A stretch of DNA of 55,579 nt, from NCBI GenBank assembly GCA_005889475.1, contig VBGT01000029.1:4711-60289 (forward strand), read 5' to 3'. The DNA is from Chloroflexota bacterium. Lineage in GTDB: Bacteria > Chloroflexota > Limnocylindria > Limnocylindrales > CSP1-4. Shown one piece after another: positions 28,382 through 38,074 of the stretch (position 1 is its first letter; each line of letters begins with the position of its first letter). The notes beneath the pieces are model-generated. The model was not told the DNA's origin and ran no database searches. It saw nothing but the letters and a program-made list of their open reading frames with translations. Both the position numbers and the translations under genes were made by a program.

Positions 28382-29260
28382 TCAACCGCGGGGCACATCA
28401 GGGCTCCAATCCATGAGCCAGGCGTGGTCCGGATCGAGAGTGAACCGCCACTCCCGGACCGGCCCGGCCATCACGTTGAGGTAGTAGCAGTCATAGCCGG
28501 CGGCCGCAGCAACCGGATGGTAGCCCCGCGGCACCAGGACGACGTCCCCGTCCATCGGGGTGAGTGCCTCGTCGAGCGTCCTGTCCGACGTGTACACACG
28601 CTGGAAGGCAAAGCCCTGCGGGAGCGCGAACCGGTAGTAGTAGAGCTCCTCCAGCAGGCATTCCCGCGGCGGGTCGTCGGTGTCGTGCTTGTGCGGTGGA
28701 TAGCTGGACCAGTTCCCACCCGGGGTGATGACCTCGACGATGAGGAGCCGGCCGGCCGGCTCCTCGGCCGGCAGCAGGTGGCGAACGGTCCGCGCCATCC
28801 TGCCGGAGCCGCGGGCCTCGATTCGCGTCGTTTCGGGGTCGATCAGCCGGGTCTCGCGCACGTCGCCGCCGGGCGCCGCGGCGAGGGCGATCGAGGCGGC
28901 GCCGAGGGCCGTGATCTCAACCCCTTGGCCGGGCTCGACCAGGACGACCGGAGCCGGGACCTCATCGAAGACCGAAGCGCGGCTGCCGACCTGACCGAGG
29001 TGTCGACCGCCAACCGAGACCCGGGCCTCCCCCTCCAGCACCACGACGCCGACCTCGCGCCCGTCGCCGGCTCGGGTGATCGACGACCCGTCGGTCAGGG
29101 TGTGGGCCGAGAACGATACCCATCGCCAGCCGGCCGGCGCGTCACCGCCGGGCGCGCCGTCACCGTCGATCCTGATCGTGGCGCCGTCGTCGGCCGGCGG
29201 GCCGGGCCGGCGATGCAGGTCGAGCACGGCGTCAGACGAAACGCCGCTCGGTCGCGACAT
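28382..29260 (-). CDS. iolB: 5-deoxy-glucuronate isomerase
   Basis: Cupin-type PGGNWSSYPPHKHDTDD, EELYYYRF, VVLVPRGYHPV, YYLNVMAGP. The start is uncertain: the ATG at 29260 overlaps iolD by 29 nt, and a GTG at 29227 lies 4 nt after the iolD stop. Confidence 0.8.
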   Translation of the reverse strand: MSRPSGVSSDAVLDLHRRPGPPADDGATIRIDGDGAPGGDAPAGWRWVSFSAHTLTDGSSITRAGDGREVGVVVLEGEARVSVGGRHLGQVGSRASVFDEVPAPVVLVEPGQGVEITALGAASIALAAAPGGDVRETRLIDPETTRIEARGSGRMARTVRHLLPAEEPAGRLLIVEVITPGGNWSSYPPHKHDTDDPPRECLLEELYYYRFALPQGFAFQRVYTSDRTLDEALTPMDGDVVLVPRGYHPVAAAAGYDCYYLNVMAGPVREWRFTLDPDHAWLMDWSPDVPRG

Positions 29261-31109
29261 GCTCGACGTAGTCGTCGCGGGCCGCGCGGACGGACGGCGA
29301 GGCGGTGACCTCGGCGATCGGGACGTCCCACCAGCTGGCATAGGCGGGAACCTCGATGCTCGGATCGATCTGCGTGACGATCACCGTCGTGCGCCGGCTG
29401 GCACGGGCCGTGGCCAGGGCCTGTGCGAGGCTCGCCGGGTCGTCCGCGACCAGCGCATCGGCGCCGAGGCTGCGGGCGTTGGCCGCGAAGTCGAAGCGCA
29501 GGGGCTCGCCGCTGAGGCGGCCGGTCGACGGGTCTCGGCGGCCGAACCTGTTGAAGTCGTTTCGACCGCCGCCCGCGCGCGACAGGTTGTCGATCGACTG
29601 GAACGCGTGGTTCTCGAGGAGGACGATGATCAGCTTGCGGTCCTCCTGCACGGCCGTCGCGATCTCGGCCGAGAGCATCAGGTAGGACCCGTCGCCGACC
29701 ATCACGAACACCTCCGCCTCGGGCGCGGCAAGCTTCACGCCGAGACCTCCGGCGATCTCGTAGCCCATGGTCGAGTAGCCGTATTCGAGGTGATACGTCG
29801 TCGGCCGGGTGGTCCGCCACAGCTTGTGCAAGTCGCCGGGCAGGCTGCCCGCGGCGCAGACCACGCTGTCATCGGGGCCCGCCGCCTCCCCGACGAGCCG
29901 GATCGCCTCCGGCTGCGAGACGTGCACCGGGCTGGCCAGGTGGCGAACTCGATCGACCTCTGCGTTCCACTCCTCGCTCAACCGCGCGCCGAGCGCGCGC
30001 CGGTCAGGCTCGACACCGGCCCAGCCGCGCGCGCCGAGGGCCGCCGCCAGCTCCTCGATCCCGGCCCGGGCATCGGCGACGATCGGCAGGGCGGCTGCCT
30101 TCGCCGCGTCGAACTCGGCGACGTTCAGCGCCACGAACCGGACCTCCGGGTCCTGCCAGGCGGTCCAGCTCGCCGTCGTGAAGTCGCTGAGCCGCGTCCC
30201 GATCGCGAGGACCAGGTCCGCATCATGAGCGAGGACGTTCGCCGCCGAGCCGCCGGTCACACCGATCGGACCCACCTGCAAGGGGTGATCCCAGGGCAAC
30301 GCGCCCTTGCCCGCCTGGGTCTCCGCGACCGGGAGCCCGAACTGCCGGACGAACCGGTCGAGGATCTCGCTCGCATCGCTGTAGATGACACCGCCACCGA
30401 CGACCACGAGCGGCCGCCGGCTGGCGGCGATCGCGTCGGCGGCCCGCTCGAGCGCGGCCCGGTCCGGGCGGGGACGGGGCACATGGCGGACGTTCGGCTC
30501 GAGGAATCCGCCGGGAACGTCGAATGCCTCGGCCTGCACGTCCTGTGGCAGGGCCAGGGTGACCGCTCCGGTCTCCGCGGGTGAGGTGAGGATGCGCATC
30601 GCGGCCGGCAACGCGGTGATCAGCTGCTCCGGCCGGTTGATCCGGTCCCAGTACCGGGAGACGGGGCGCAGCGTGTCGTTGACCGACACGTCCTGGCTGT
30701 CCGCCCGCTCGAGCTGCTGGAGCACGGGCGCGACCCGGCGGCTCGCGAAGAGATCGCCCGGGAGCAGGAGGACCGGCAGCCGATTGACCGTCGCCGCGGC
30801 GGCACCGGTGACGAGGTTCGTCGCTCCGGGCCCGATCGAGGTCGTGCAGGCGAATGCCCGGAGGCGCCGGGACTTCTTGGCGAACCCCGCGGCGGTGTGG
30901 ACCATCGACTGCTCGTTCCGGGCCTGGTAGTACCGGAAGCTGTCGCCGGCCGCCTCGAGCGCCTCGCCCAGGCCGGCCACGTTGCCGTGGCCGAAGATGC
31001 CGAACATGCCGGCGAAGAACGGCTGCTCCACGCCGTCGCGCTCGACCGATTGGGCGGCGAGGAAGCGGACGATGGCCTGGGCCGCGGTCAGTCGCTCCGT
31101 CTCGGCCAC
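29232..31109 (-). CDS. iolD: 3D-(3,5/4)-trihydroxycyclohexane-1,2-dione acylhydrolase (TPP enzyme)
   Basis: 625 aa. MAETERLTAAQAIVRFLAAQ, FGIFGHGNVAGLGEAL, and the TPP motif GDGSYLM...N. Confidence 0.85.
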   Translation of the reverse strand: MAETERLTAAQAIVRFLAAQSVERDGVEQPFFAGMFGIFGHGNVAGLGEALEAAGDSFRYYQARNEQSMVHTAAGFAKKSRRLRAFACTTSIGPGATNLVTGAAAATVNRLPVLLLPGDLFASRRVAPVLQQLERADSQDVSVNDTLRPVSRYWDRINRPEQLITALPAAMRILTSPAETGAVTLALPQDVQAEAFDVPGGFLEPNVRHVPRPRPDRAALERAADAIAASRRPLVVVGGGVIYSDASEILDRFVRQFGLPVAETQAGKGALPWDHPLQVGPIGVTGGSAANVLAHDADLVLAIGTRLSDFTTASWTAWQDPEVRFVALNVAEFDAAKAAALPIVADARAGIEELAAALGARGWAGVEPDRRALGARLSEEWNAEVDRVRHLASPVHVSQPEAIRLVGEAAGPDDSVVCAAGSLPGDLHKLWRTTRPTTYHLEYGYSTMGYEIAGGLGVKLAAPEAEVFVMVGDGSYLMLSAEIATAVQEDRKLIIVLLENHAFQSIDNLSRAGGGRNDFNRFGRRDPSTGRLSGEPLRFDFAANARSLGADALVADDPASLAQALATARASRRTTVIVTQIDPSIEVPAYASWWDVPIAEVTASPSVRAARDDYVEHVATERRFV

Positions 31110-31134
31110 TGGACCTCCGTGACGCCTCGGCCGG

Positions 31135-31899
31135 TCAGCGACCGACCGTGCCAGCCGTCAGCTCGCGGACCGCGGCGAGCATCGCAGCTGGGCCATCAGT
31201 GTCGATCATGTCAGCTCCGAGGGCGAGGAGCCGCTCGGCCGCCTCGCCGCCGTCGGCCGATCCACCGCCCATGAGCAGGCCACGCTCCCGCATCGTCGCC
31301 AGCAGCGAGGTGGCATTCCATTGCCATGGGACGTCCGCCCCGTCGGCGCCACAGGCATCGATCGTGGCGAGCACCGCGTCGCGATCGGCGTCGAGATAGA
31401 GCAGCAGGACGCAGGGCAGCTCCGGCACGGCAGCCTTGGCCGCCCTGATCTCGGCCGGGTCGAAGGCGTAGATCGCGAGGCGGTCCCGAGCCGGTGATGC
31501 CCAGGCGAGCCGAGCGACCGCGGCCCCGACACCCGAGGCCTTGACCTCGAGAGCTGCCCCAAAGCCCGATCGCGCCTCGATCCAGCGCAGGAACGGCGAG
31601 AGCTCGGGGATCTGCTCGCCCCGGAACGCCTCGCCGTACCAGGCGCCGGCGTCGATGCGCCGGACTTCGGCGAGGGTCATCGACGAGATCGGGCCGCTGC
31701 CGTCCGACGTCCTGTCGAGCGTGGCGTCGTGCAGGAGCACGAGCTGGCCGTCGGCGGTCCTGCGAATGTCCGTCTCGGCATACTCCGCGCCCTGGGCGAC
31801 GGCCTGCTCGAACGCGGCGTAGGTGTTTTCCGGCGCAACTGCCGAGGCGCCACGGTGCCCACCGACGCGAAGTCCGATCCCCCTAGCTCGCCAGTCCAC
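31135..31899 (-). CDS. Glycerophosphodiester phosphodiesterase-family protein
   Basis: VGGHRGASAVAPENTYAAFEQAV, ETDIRRTADGQLVLLHDATLDRT. I propose the GTG at 31899. The track ORF extends to 31974 and would overlap the ATPase gene by 92 nt. Confidence 0.75.
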   Translation of the reverse strand: MDWRARGIGLRVGGHRGASAVAPENTYAAFEQAVAQGAEYAETDIRRTADGQLVLLHDATLDRTSDGSGPISSMTLAEVRRIDAGAWYGEAFRGEQIPELSPFLRWIEARSGFGAALEVKASGVGAAVARLAWASPARDRLAIYAFDPAEIRAAKAAVPELPCVLLLYLDADRDAVLATIDACGADGADVPWQWNATSLLATMRERGLLMGGGSADGGEAAERLLALGADMIDTDGPAAMLAAVRELTAGTVGR

Positions 31900-32986
31900 C
31901 GTCGCCCTGTGCGCTCTCGTCCAGCCGGCGGGCGCCGGCCGCGTCGATCTCGACCCGGCGCCCCGTCGCGGCATCGAAGAGGTGCAGCCGGGACGGCTCG
32001 ATCCGCATGCGGACGTTGTCGTCCAACTTGAGGTGCTGCCCTTCCTCGGCGGGAACGAGCACCCGGATCGAGCTTGGTCCGACCGTGAGGTGCACCAGGA
32101 AGTCTCGCCCGAGCGGCTCGGTCAGCGTGACGACGGCCTCGAGCTCACCGGTGCCGATCTCGACGTCTTCCGGCCGAACGCCGACCAGCAGTCCGGCGCC
32201 GCCGTCGCGCACGAGCGGCTGGATCACGCGGCGAGCCAGGGCCTCGTCTGGCCCATCGGTCGCCCAGATGTTGATCTGCGGGGAGCCGATGAAACGCGCC
32301 GAGAACAGCGACGGCGGTCGGGTGTAGAGCGTCGCCGGAGCCGTCAGCGCGACGATGTTGCCATCCGACATGACCGCGACGCGATCGGCGATCGCCATCG
32401 CTTCCGATTGATCGTGGGTCACGAAGACGGTCGTCATCTTCAGGTCGAGCTGGAGGCGCCGGATCTCCGCCCGGACCTCCACCCGGAGGTGGGCGTCGAG
32501 GTTCGACAGGGGCTCGTCGAGCAGCAGGATGACCGGCTTCTTCACCAGCGCACGCGCGAGCGCGACCCGCTGGCGTTGGCCGCCAGAGAGCTGGTGCGGC
32601 CGCCGGGCCAGGAGGTTGCCGACACCCATGAGGCCGGCGATCTCGTCGACGTCGCGCTCGGCCTGCTTGCGTTCCTTCTTCGCCGCGTCGAGCGGGAAGC
32701 GGATGTTCTCGCGCACCGTCATGTGCGGGTAGATCGCGTAGTCCTGGAACACGTAGCCGATACCGCGGCGCTGCGGGGCCAGAGCGGTTACATCGACCCC
32801 GTCGAAGAGGACCCTGCCGGCCTTCGGCCGGATGAAGCCCGTGATGAACCCGAGCGTCGTGGTCTTGCCGCAGCCCGAGGGCCCGACGAGCGCCACGAGC
32901 TCGCCGTGGCCGACCGTCAGGTTGAGACCGTGAACCGCTGCGACCTGGCCGTACTCGACGGTCAGACCCTCGATGTCCAGCTTCAT
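31883..32986 (-). CDS. Sugar ABC transporter ATP-binding protein (MalK/UgpC type)
   Basis: From MKLDIEGLTVEYG: Walker A GPSGCGKTT, signature LSGGQRQRVALARAL, Walker B ILLLDEPLSNLD, C-terminal regulatory (TOBE-like) domain. Confidence 0.85.
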   Translation of the reverse strand: MKLDIEGLTVEYGQVAAVHGLNLTVGHGELVALVGPSGCGKTTTLGFITGFIRPKAGRVLFDGVDVTALAPQRRGIGYVFQDYAIYPHMTVRENIRFPLDAAKKERKQAERDVDEIAGLMGVGNLLARRPHQLSGGQRQRVALARALVKKPVILLLDEPLSNLDAHLRVEVRAEIRRLQLDLKMTTVFVTHDQSEAMAIADRVAVMSDGNIVALTAPATLYTRPPSLFSARFIGSPQINIWATDGPDEALARRVIQPLVRDGGAGLLVGVRPEDVEIGTGELEAVVTLTEPLGRDFLVHLTVGPSSIRVLVPAEEGQHLKLDDNVRMRIEPSRLHLFDAATGRRVEIDAAGARRLDESAQGDGGLAS

Positions 32987-32993
32987 GGCGAGC

Positions 32994-33845
32994 TCAACCT
33001 CGTATGGCTCCGCCGAGCCCGCCGACACGGACGAGGCGACGTTGCAGGATCGCGAAGACCGACAGCACTGGCAGCAGGGCCACGAGGCTGCCGGCCGAGA
33101 GGAGCGGCCAGTTGATGCCGTAGCCGATCTCCTGGATGTACCGCTGCAGCGCCACCGTGTACGGCTGGGCGGCTGCCTTCGGGATGAGGATCAGCGGCAG
33201 CGAGAACGAGTTCCAGCCATCGATGAATGCCAGCGTGGCGACGACGAGGATCCCCGGGATCGCGAGCGGCAGGACCACTCGGCGCATCGTCAGCACGGTG
33301 CCGGCGCCATCGATCCGGGCCGCCTGCTCCAATCGAACGGGGATCTGCCGGAAGGTCCCGGCCATGAGCCAGATCCCGAGGGGGATCGACCCTGCCGCGT
33401 ACGCGAGGATCACGGCCTGGGCGGTGCCATAGAGGCCCGTGGCCGATGTGAGGATGAACAGAGGGACGATGCGCGACGCCGACGGCAGGAAGCTCAGGGC
33501 GAGGATCACGATCAGGAGCGCCTCACCCGAGCGCATGCTGTAGCGCGCGAGGGCATAGCCGCCGAGCGTCGAGGCGACCGCCGTGATCACGGCCGAGGAC
33601 AGCCCATAGAACGCCGCGTTGCGGTATGGGCCGAGCCCGATGCCGTTTGACGCGAAGAGGACCCCGGTGATGTTGTCGAGGGTGAGGCTGGTCGGCAGGA
33701 TCGAGATCGGATAGACCGCCTGGGTGCCCGGACGAACGGCAATCGAGACGACCCAAAGGAGCGGCAGCACGGCGAAGGCGAGCGCGAGCCCGACGGCCGC
33801 GGCCCGCGCGAGGCGCTGGAGCCCCGACAGGCGAACTAGCTCCAT
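32994..33845 (-). CDS. Carbohydrate ABC transporter permease
   Basis: From MELVRLSGLQRLA (ATG at 33845, 10-nt overlap with the upstream permease). EAA-type loop LEQAARIDGAGTVLTMRRVVLPLAIPG. Confidence 0.8.
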   Translation of the reverse strand: MELVRLSGLQRLARAAAVGLALAFAVLPLLWVVSIAVRPGTQAVYPISILPTSLTLDNITGVLFASNGIGLGPYRNAAFYGLSSAVITAVASTLGGYALARYSMRSGEALLIVILALSFLPSASRIVPLFILTSATGLYGTAQAVILAYAAGSIPLGIWLMAGTFRQIPVRLEQAARIDGAGTVLTMRRVVLPLAIPGILVVATLAFIDGWNSFSLPLILIPKAAAQPYTVALQRYIQEIGYGINWPLLSAGSLVALLPVLSVFAILQRRLVRVGGLGGAIRG

Positions 33846-34729
33846 TTTCGGGTCTCGCGCCGCCAGATGATGACGTACGCCACGGCGAGGGCCAGGCTGA
33901 TCGTGAACAGGATCACCGTGACCGCCGCGCCCTGGCCGACATTGCCCTTCAGCGCCGTGAGGCGATACATCTCGAGGGCCATCGTCTCCGTGTGGTACAG
34001 CGGACCGCCACGCGTCATGGCGTAGATGAGGTCGAAGGTGTTGAGCCCGCTCACGAGGGCGACGAGGGCGGCGAGCAGGAATGTCGGCCGAATGGCCGGC
34101 AGGATTACCCGGCGGACGATCCTCGCGTACGACGCGCCGTCGACCTGGCCGGCGAGGATGATGTTCGGGGGCACGTTCGCCAGCGCTCCGCTGACGACCA
34201 GCAGCACGATGCCATAGCCCGCCCAGACGTTCGCCACCACGAGGGCAGCGAGCGCGATGCCCTGCTCGGTGAGCCAATCGAGGGGACCGATCCCCACCAT
34301 CCCGAGGACGCTGTTGGCGAGGCCGATCGCCGGGTCATAGATCAGGCGCCAGGTGTAGCCGATGATCACCGCGGCGATCACCCATGGGATGAGGTAGATG
34401 GCGAGCAACGCGGAACGGACGCCCGCGCTGACCGTGTGCAGCGCGAGCGCGAGGCCCGTTCCCAGGGCCAGCGATCCGAAGAGGGTCCCTGCCGTAAAGA
34501 TCGCCGTGACCGCGACCACGCTGATGAAGGACGGGGCGTCCTCCGAGAAGACGGCCTGGAAGTTCTTGAGTCCGACCTCCTTCACGTTGAAGAGCCGGCC
34601 GATCGTGGCGCCCGTGGTCGAGTAGAAGAAGGTCAGCAGGTACGGCAGGAGCAGGAACAGGAACAGAAGCAGGAGGGGCAGGGCGAGCAGCAGCCAGGGA
34701 GTCGCCCGACCAAAGGCTCCACGAACCAT
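33836..34729 (-). CDS. Carbohydrate ABC transporter permease
   Basis: 297 aa, 6 TM helices, EAA-type loop AGQVDGASYARIVRRVILPAIRP. Confidence 0.8.
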   Translation of the reverse strand: MVRGAFGRATPWLLLALPLLLLFLFLLLPYLLTFFYSTTGATIGRLFNVKEVGLKNFQAVFSEDAPSFISVVAVTAIFTAGTLFGSLALGTGLALALHTVSAGVRSALLAIYLIPWVIAAVIIGYTWRLIYDPAIGLANSVLGMVGIGPLDWLTEQGIALAALVVANVWAGYGIVLLVVSGALANVPPNIILAGQVDGASYARIVRRVILPAIRPTFLLAALVALVSGLNTFDLIYAMTRGGPLYHTETMALEMYRLTALKGNVGQGAAVTVILFTISLALAVAYVIIWRRETRKWS

Positions 34730-34770
34730 GGCGGTCGGCGACTCCCTGACGGCGTTTGTACCGGCTCTGC

Positions 34771-36114
34771 CTATGGCGCGAGCAGGGTGTTGACCTTGTC
34801 GGCTGCCTGGTCAAGGGCGTCCTTCGTCGACAGGTCGCCGGTGATGGCCTTCTGCATGCCGGTCCACAGGATCTCGATCATGTCCGTGTACTTCGCGATA
34901 AATGGCGGGAAGTGCGCGACCTTCGCCGCGTCCGCTTCCTGAGCGAAATACGGGTCGGCCTTGAAGGCGTCGGCCTCCGCGAGTCCGGAGGTACGGACCG
35001 GGATGCGGGTGCGATCCACCTCGAACGGGACCATATTCTTGCCGTCGGTCACCATCGTGAGGTAGTCCCAGGCCAGGTCCTTGTTGGGGCTGTCCGCGTT
35101 GATGGCCAGCATCCAGCCGCCCGCCGTGGACGCCGCCTGGCAGCCCGCGCAGAGGGGCGGCAGCGCGGCCCCGATGGTGCTCTGGAACTTGGCCACGTCG
35201 AACCCGTCGGGCAGCGACCCGAGGCCGTCGCCGACCGTCGCCAGCATGATCCCGGCCTTGCCGGAGAACACATGCGCGATGTTGTCGTCCGCAGTCTCTC
35301 CGAGCACGGCCTTGGGGGTGTAGCCCTGTTTGACCAGGTCGACGTAGAGCTGCAGGGCCTTCTGGCCGCCTGCATCGTTGAACGCGGCCTTCGTGTTGTC
35401 GGCGTTCAGGATGTTCGAGCCGGTCATGTACAGGTAGGAGTAGAAGCGGTCGACCGTGCTCTCTTCCGAGGAGGCCGGGAATTCGACCGGGCTCACGCCG
35501 GGCACCTTGGCCTTGATGGCCGCTGCATCCGCGAAGAGCTCGTCCCAGGTCGTCGGGCCCTTCTCGGGGTCCAGGCCGGCCTTCTTGAAGACGTCCTTGT
35601 TCCAGACCATGAGCCGGATGTCGCTGTAGAACCAGACCGCGTACTGGCTGCCTTTGACGATGGTCGAGTTGGCGTATGCGGGCACGATGTCGCTCTTGTC
35701 GGCCCAGTTCGCGTAGTACGAATCGAGGTTGGCGGTGATGCCCTCGTCAACGAACTGGCCGAGCCAGATGTTGTCGAGCTGGAAGATGTCGGGCTTGTCC
35801 TCGACCGCGCCGGCCTGGCTGAGCTCGATGCGGTTGAACTGATCGGTGGAGCCGACGCCCTCGGCGAGATTGACCGTGACGCCGGGGTGGGCGGCTTCGA
35901 ACGCCGTCTTTGGACCGGGTGCCCAGGGCTGGATCCGCCCCTCCTCGACCGTGTAGTTCCGGGCCCAGACCGTGATCGTGGCAGGCGCCGCGGCCGTGGT
36001 GGCTGCCGGCTGCGACGCCGTACCGGATGCGGCCGGCGCCTGCGAAGCCGCCGGGGTACACGCGCTGCCGACGATCGCGACGACCGAGAGCAGCGCCGGG
36101 AGACGCTTGTTCAT
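34771..36114 (-). CDS. ABC transporter extracellular solute-binding lipoprotein (family 1)
   Basis: 447 aa. Signal peptide plus lipobox AIVGSAC. Typical SBP_bac_1 layout. Confidence 0.8.
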   Translation of the reverse strand: MNKRLPALLSVVAIVGSACTPAASQAPAASGTASQPAATTAAAPATITVWARNYTVEEGRIQPWAPGPKTAFEAAHPGVTVNLAEGVGSTDQFNRIELSQAGAVEDKPDIFQLDNIWLGQFVDEGITANLDSYYANWADKSDIVPAYANSTIVKGSQYAVWFYSDIRLMVWNKDVFKKAGLDPEKGPTTWDELFADAAAIKAKVPGVSPVEFPASSEESTVDRFYSYLYMTGSNILNADNTKAAFNDAGGQKALQLYVDLVKQGYTPKAVLGETADDNIAHVFSGKAGIMLATVGDGLGSLPDGFDVAKFQSTIGAALPPLCAGCQAASTAGGWMLAINADSPNKDLAWDYLTMVTDGKNMVPFEVDRTRIPVRTSGLAEADAFKADPYFAQEADAAKVAHFPPFIAKYTDMIEILWTGMQKAITGDLSTKDALDQAADKVNTLLAP

Positions 36115-36144
36115 GACTCCTCCTCCTCGTGCACGGGCGCGCCG

Positions 36145-37005
36145 TCAGGCAACAGCGGGCGCGACCCGGCGTGAACCAAAACGCTCAACGATGGGCGCAA
36201 GTTCGGTGAGATCCTCGGCGCTGCCCACGACGAGGTGGACCAGCGTGCCTTCCTCCCAGAGTCGTACCGCGCGACCGGCCTCGCGGGCGAGGACGACGCC
36301 GGCGGCAACATCCCAGATTCGAAGCCCGATCCCGAGCATGCAGCCTCCGTGGAGGGCTACGTTGAGCAGTGCATACGCGGCTCCTCCGACCATCCGGATG
36401 ACTCGCGGCCGAGTCCGGGCGAGCTCCCCGATCGTGCCCACCATGACGGGATCCAGGTCCTCCCAGCCGAATTCCAGGAACACCCGTGCGGCGCCGGCAG
36501 GTGAGGTGGTGGGCTCGCACCCTGACTCTTCGCCGGCACTGCTGGCGAGGACGGTGCCGGTCCCGGCCCTCGCCCGGTAGACGACGCCGGCGGACAGGTC
36601 GGCGATCGCGCCCACGACCGGCTGGCCGTGCCTGAGGCACGCGATCGAGCAGGTCGCCCCCGCGAGACCGGTCGAGTAGTTGAGCGTGCCGTCGATCGGA
36701 TCGACGATCCACTGCCAGCCGTCGGAACCACTGGTGCCGCCTTCCTCTTCACCGAGGAACCCGTGCCCGGGGAATCGGTCCCGGACCTGGGTCCGCAGGA
36801 AGCGTTCGATCAGCCCGTCGGCCGGCGTGACGATGTCGAACGGGTCGCCCTTCCGGGCGCCCTCCGAGCCGGTGGCGGGATCCGTCGCCAGCTGCATCGC
36901 CGCCGTCGCCCATTCGAGGACCGCTTCGAACGCCAGTTCCTCCGTCGCCGATGGACTCGTCAGCGATCCATCCTCCCGATGCGGGGCGTCGGCCAGGAGA
37001 GCCAC
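36145..37005 (-). CDS. Inositol monophosphatase-family protein
   Basis: GFLGEEEG, WIVDPIDGTLNY, WDVAAGVVLAREAG. The start is uncertain: the GTG at 37005 is preferred, because the track start at 37116 would overlap the LacI gene by 68 nt. Confidence 0.75.
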   Translation of the reverse strand: MALLADAPHREDGSLTSPSATEELAFEAVLEWATAAMQLATDPATGSEGARKGDPFDIVTPADGLIERFLRTQVRDRFPGHGFLGEEEGGTSGSDGWQWIVDPIDGTLNYSTGLAGATCSIACLRHGQPVVGAIADLSAGVVYRARAGTGTVLASSAGEESGCEPTTSPAGAARVFLEFGWEDLDPVMVGTIGELARTRPRVIRMVGGAAYALLNVALHGGCMLGIGLRIWDVAAGVVLAREAGRAVRLWEEGTLVHLVVGSAEDLTELAPIVERFGSRRVAPAVA

Positions 37006-37048
37006 TATAGGTGCGCCATCTGGCCCTTGCAAGGTTCCAAGAAACAGG

Positions 37049-38074
37049 TCAAGGAGGCGGCCCGGTCGATCCTCGCACCTTGAGCGCCACGCTCGCGAGG
37101 GTGACGTGCGGACCACCCGCGATCCGCCCTTCGATGCGCCCGAGGAGGGCTTCCACCCCGAGGCGCACGAGTGCCTCCCGGGGCTGGCTCACGGTGGTCA
37201 GGTTGATGCGGCGCAGGCGGCCAACCTCCACGTCATCGAAGCCGACGATCGAGAGCGCCCGGGGCACGCGGACGCGAAGGGCGTCGGCGACGTCCAGCAG
37301 GTCGATCGCGGTGTAGTCATTCACGGCGAAGATTCCGGTGGCCGGCTGGTCGCCCGTCAGGATCGTCCGCCACTCGGTCCTGGTGCCGCCGACGGTCACG
37401 TCGCCACTCGGTGGGTCCCACGAGATGACCAGTGGTTGGAGGTCGGCATCGGCGGCGGCGCGCAGGAAGCCCTCGAGACGCCGGGCGTCCGCCCGATCGT
37501 GTCGCTGGGGCCCGACGAAGGCGAGCCTACGGTGCCCGAGCTCGATGAGATGCCGCGCGACGAGCTCACCGCCGCGATGCTCGTCGACGGTCACGGAGTC
37601 GGCCCACGGTTCCTCGGCGGCGATGAACACGGCCGGGATCTGGCGGTTGATCCTCGCGCCGATGTCGGATGGGCGTCCCAGGAATGACAGGAACACGAGG
37701 CCGCTGACCCGGTTCTCGAGCATCAGGCCGATCGCCTGCGCCTCCCGGTCGTGGTCGCCTTCGGTCGCACAGAACATGGCGGCAAAGCCGGACCTCGCGA
37801 TCTCACGCTCGACGAGGGCCGCCATCTCCGCGATGAACGGATTGGTCAGGTCACGGGCGATGATGCCAACCGTTCTCGCCCGACCGTTGAGCAGGTGGCG
37901 CGCGAGGGCGTTCGGCCGATAGCCGAGCTGATCGATCGCGGTCTGGACCCGGCGTCGCGTCCGGGTGGCAACCACGTCCGAGCCGCGGACGACGTTCGAC
38001 ACGGTCGACGCGGAGACTCCGGCGAGCCGCGCCACGTCGCCGAGCGTGGCCGGCCTGGTCCCCGGCTCCGTCAT
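37049..38074 (-). CDS. LacI-family transcriptional regulator
   Basis: From the ATG at 38074 (ATGA overlap with the upstream gene): HTH ATLGDVARLAGVSASTVSNVVRG and YRPNALARHL, followed by a periplasmic-binding-protein-like effector domain. Confidence 0.85.
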   Translation of the reverse strand: MTEPGTRPATLGDVARLAGVSASTVSNVVRGSDVVATRTRRRVQTAIDQLGYRPNALARHLLNGRARTVGIIARDLTNPFIAEMAALVEREIARSGFAAMFCATEGDHDREAQAIGLMLENRVSGLVFLSFLGRPSDIGARINRQIPAVFIAAEEPWADSVTVDEHRGGELVARHLIELGHRRLAFVGPQRHDRADARRLEGFLRAAADADLQPLVISWDPPSGDVTVGGTRTEWRTILTGDQPATGIFAVNDYTAIDLLDVADALRVRVPRALSIVGFDDVEVGRLRRINLTTVSQPREALVRLGVEALLGRIEGRIAGGPHVTLASVALKVRGSTGPPP

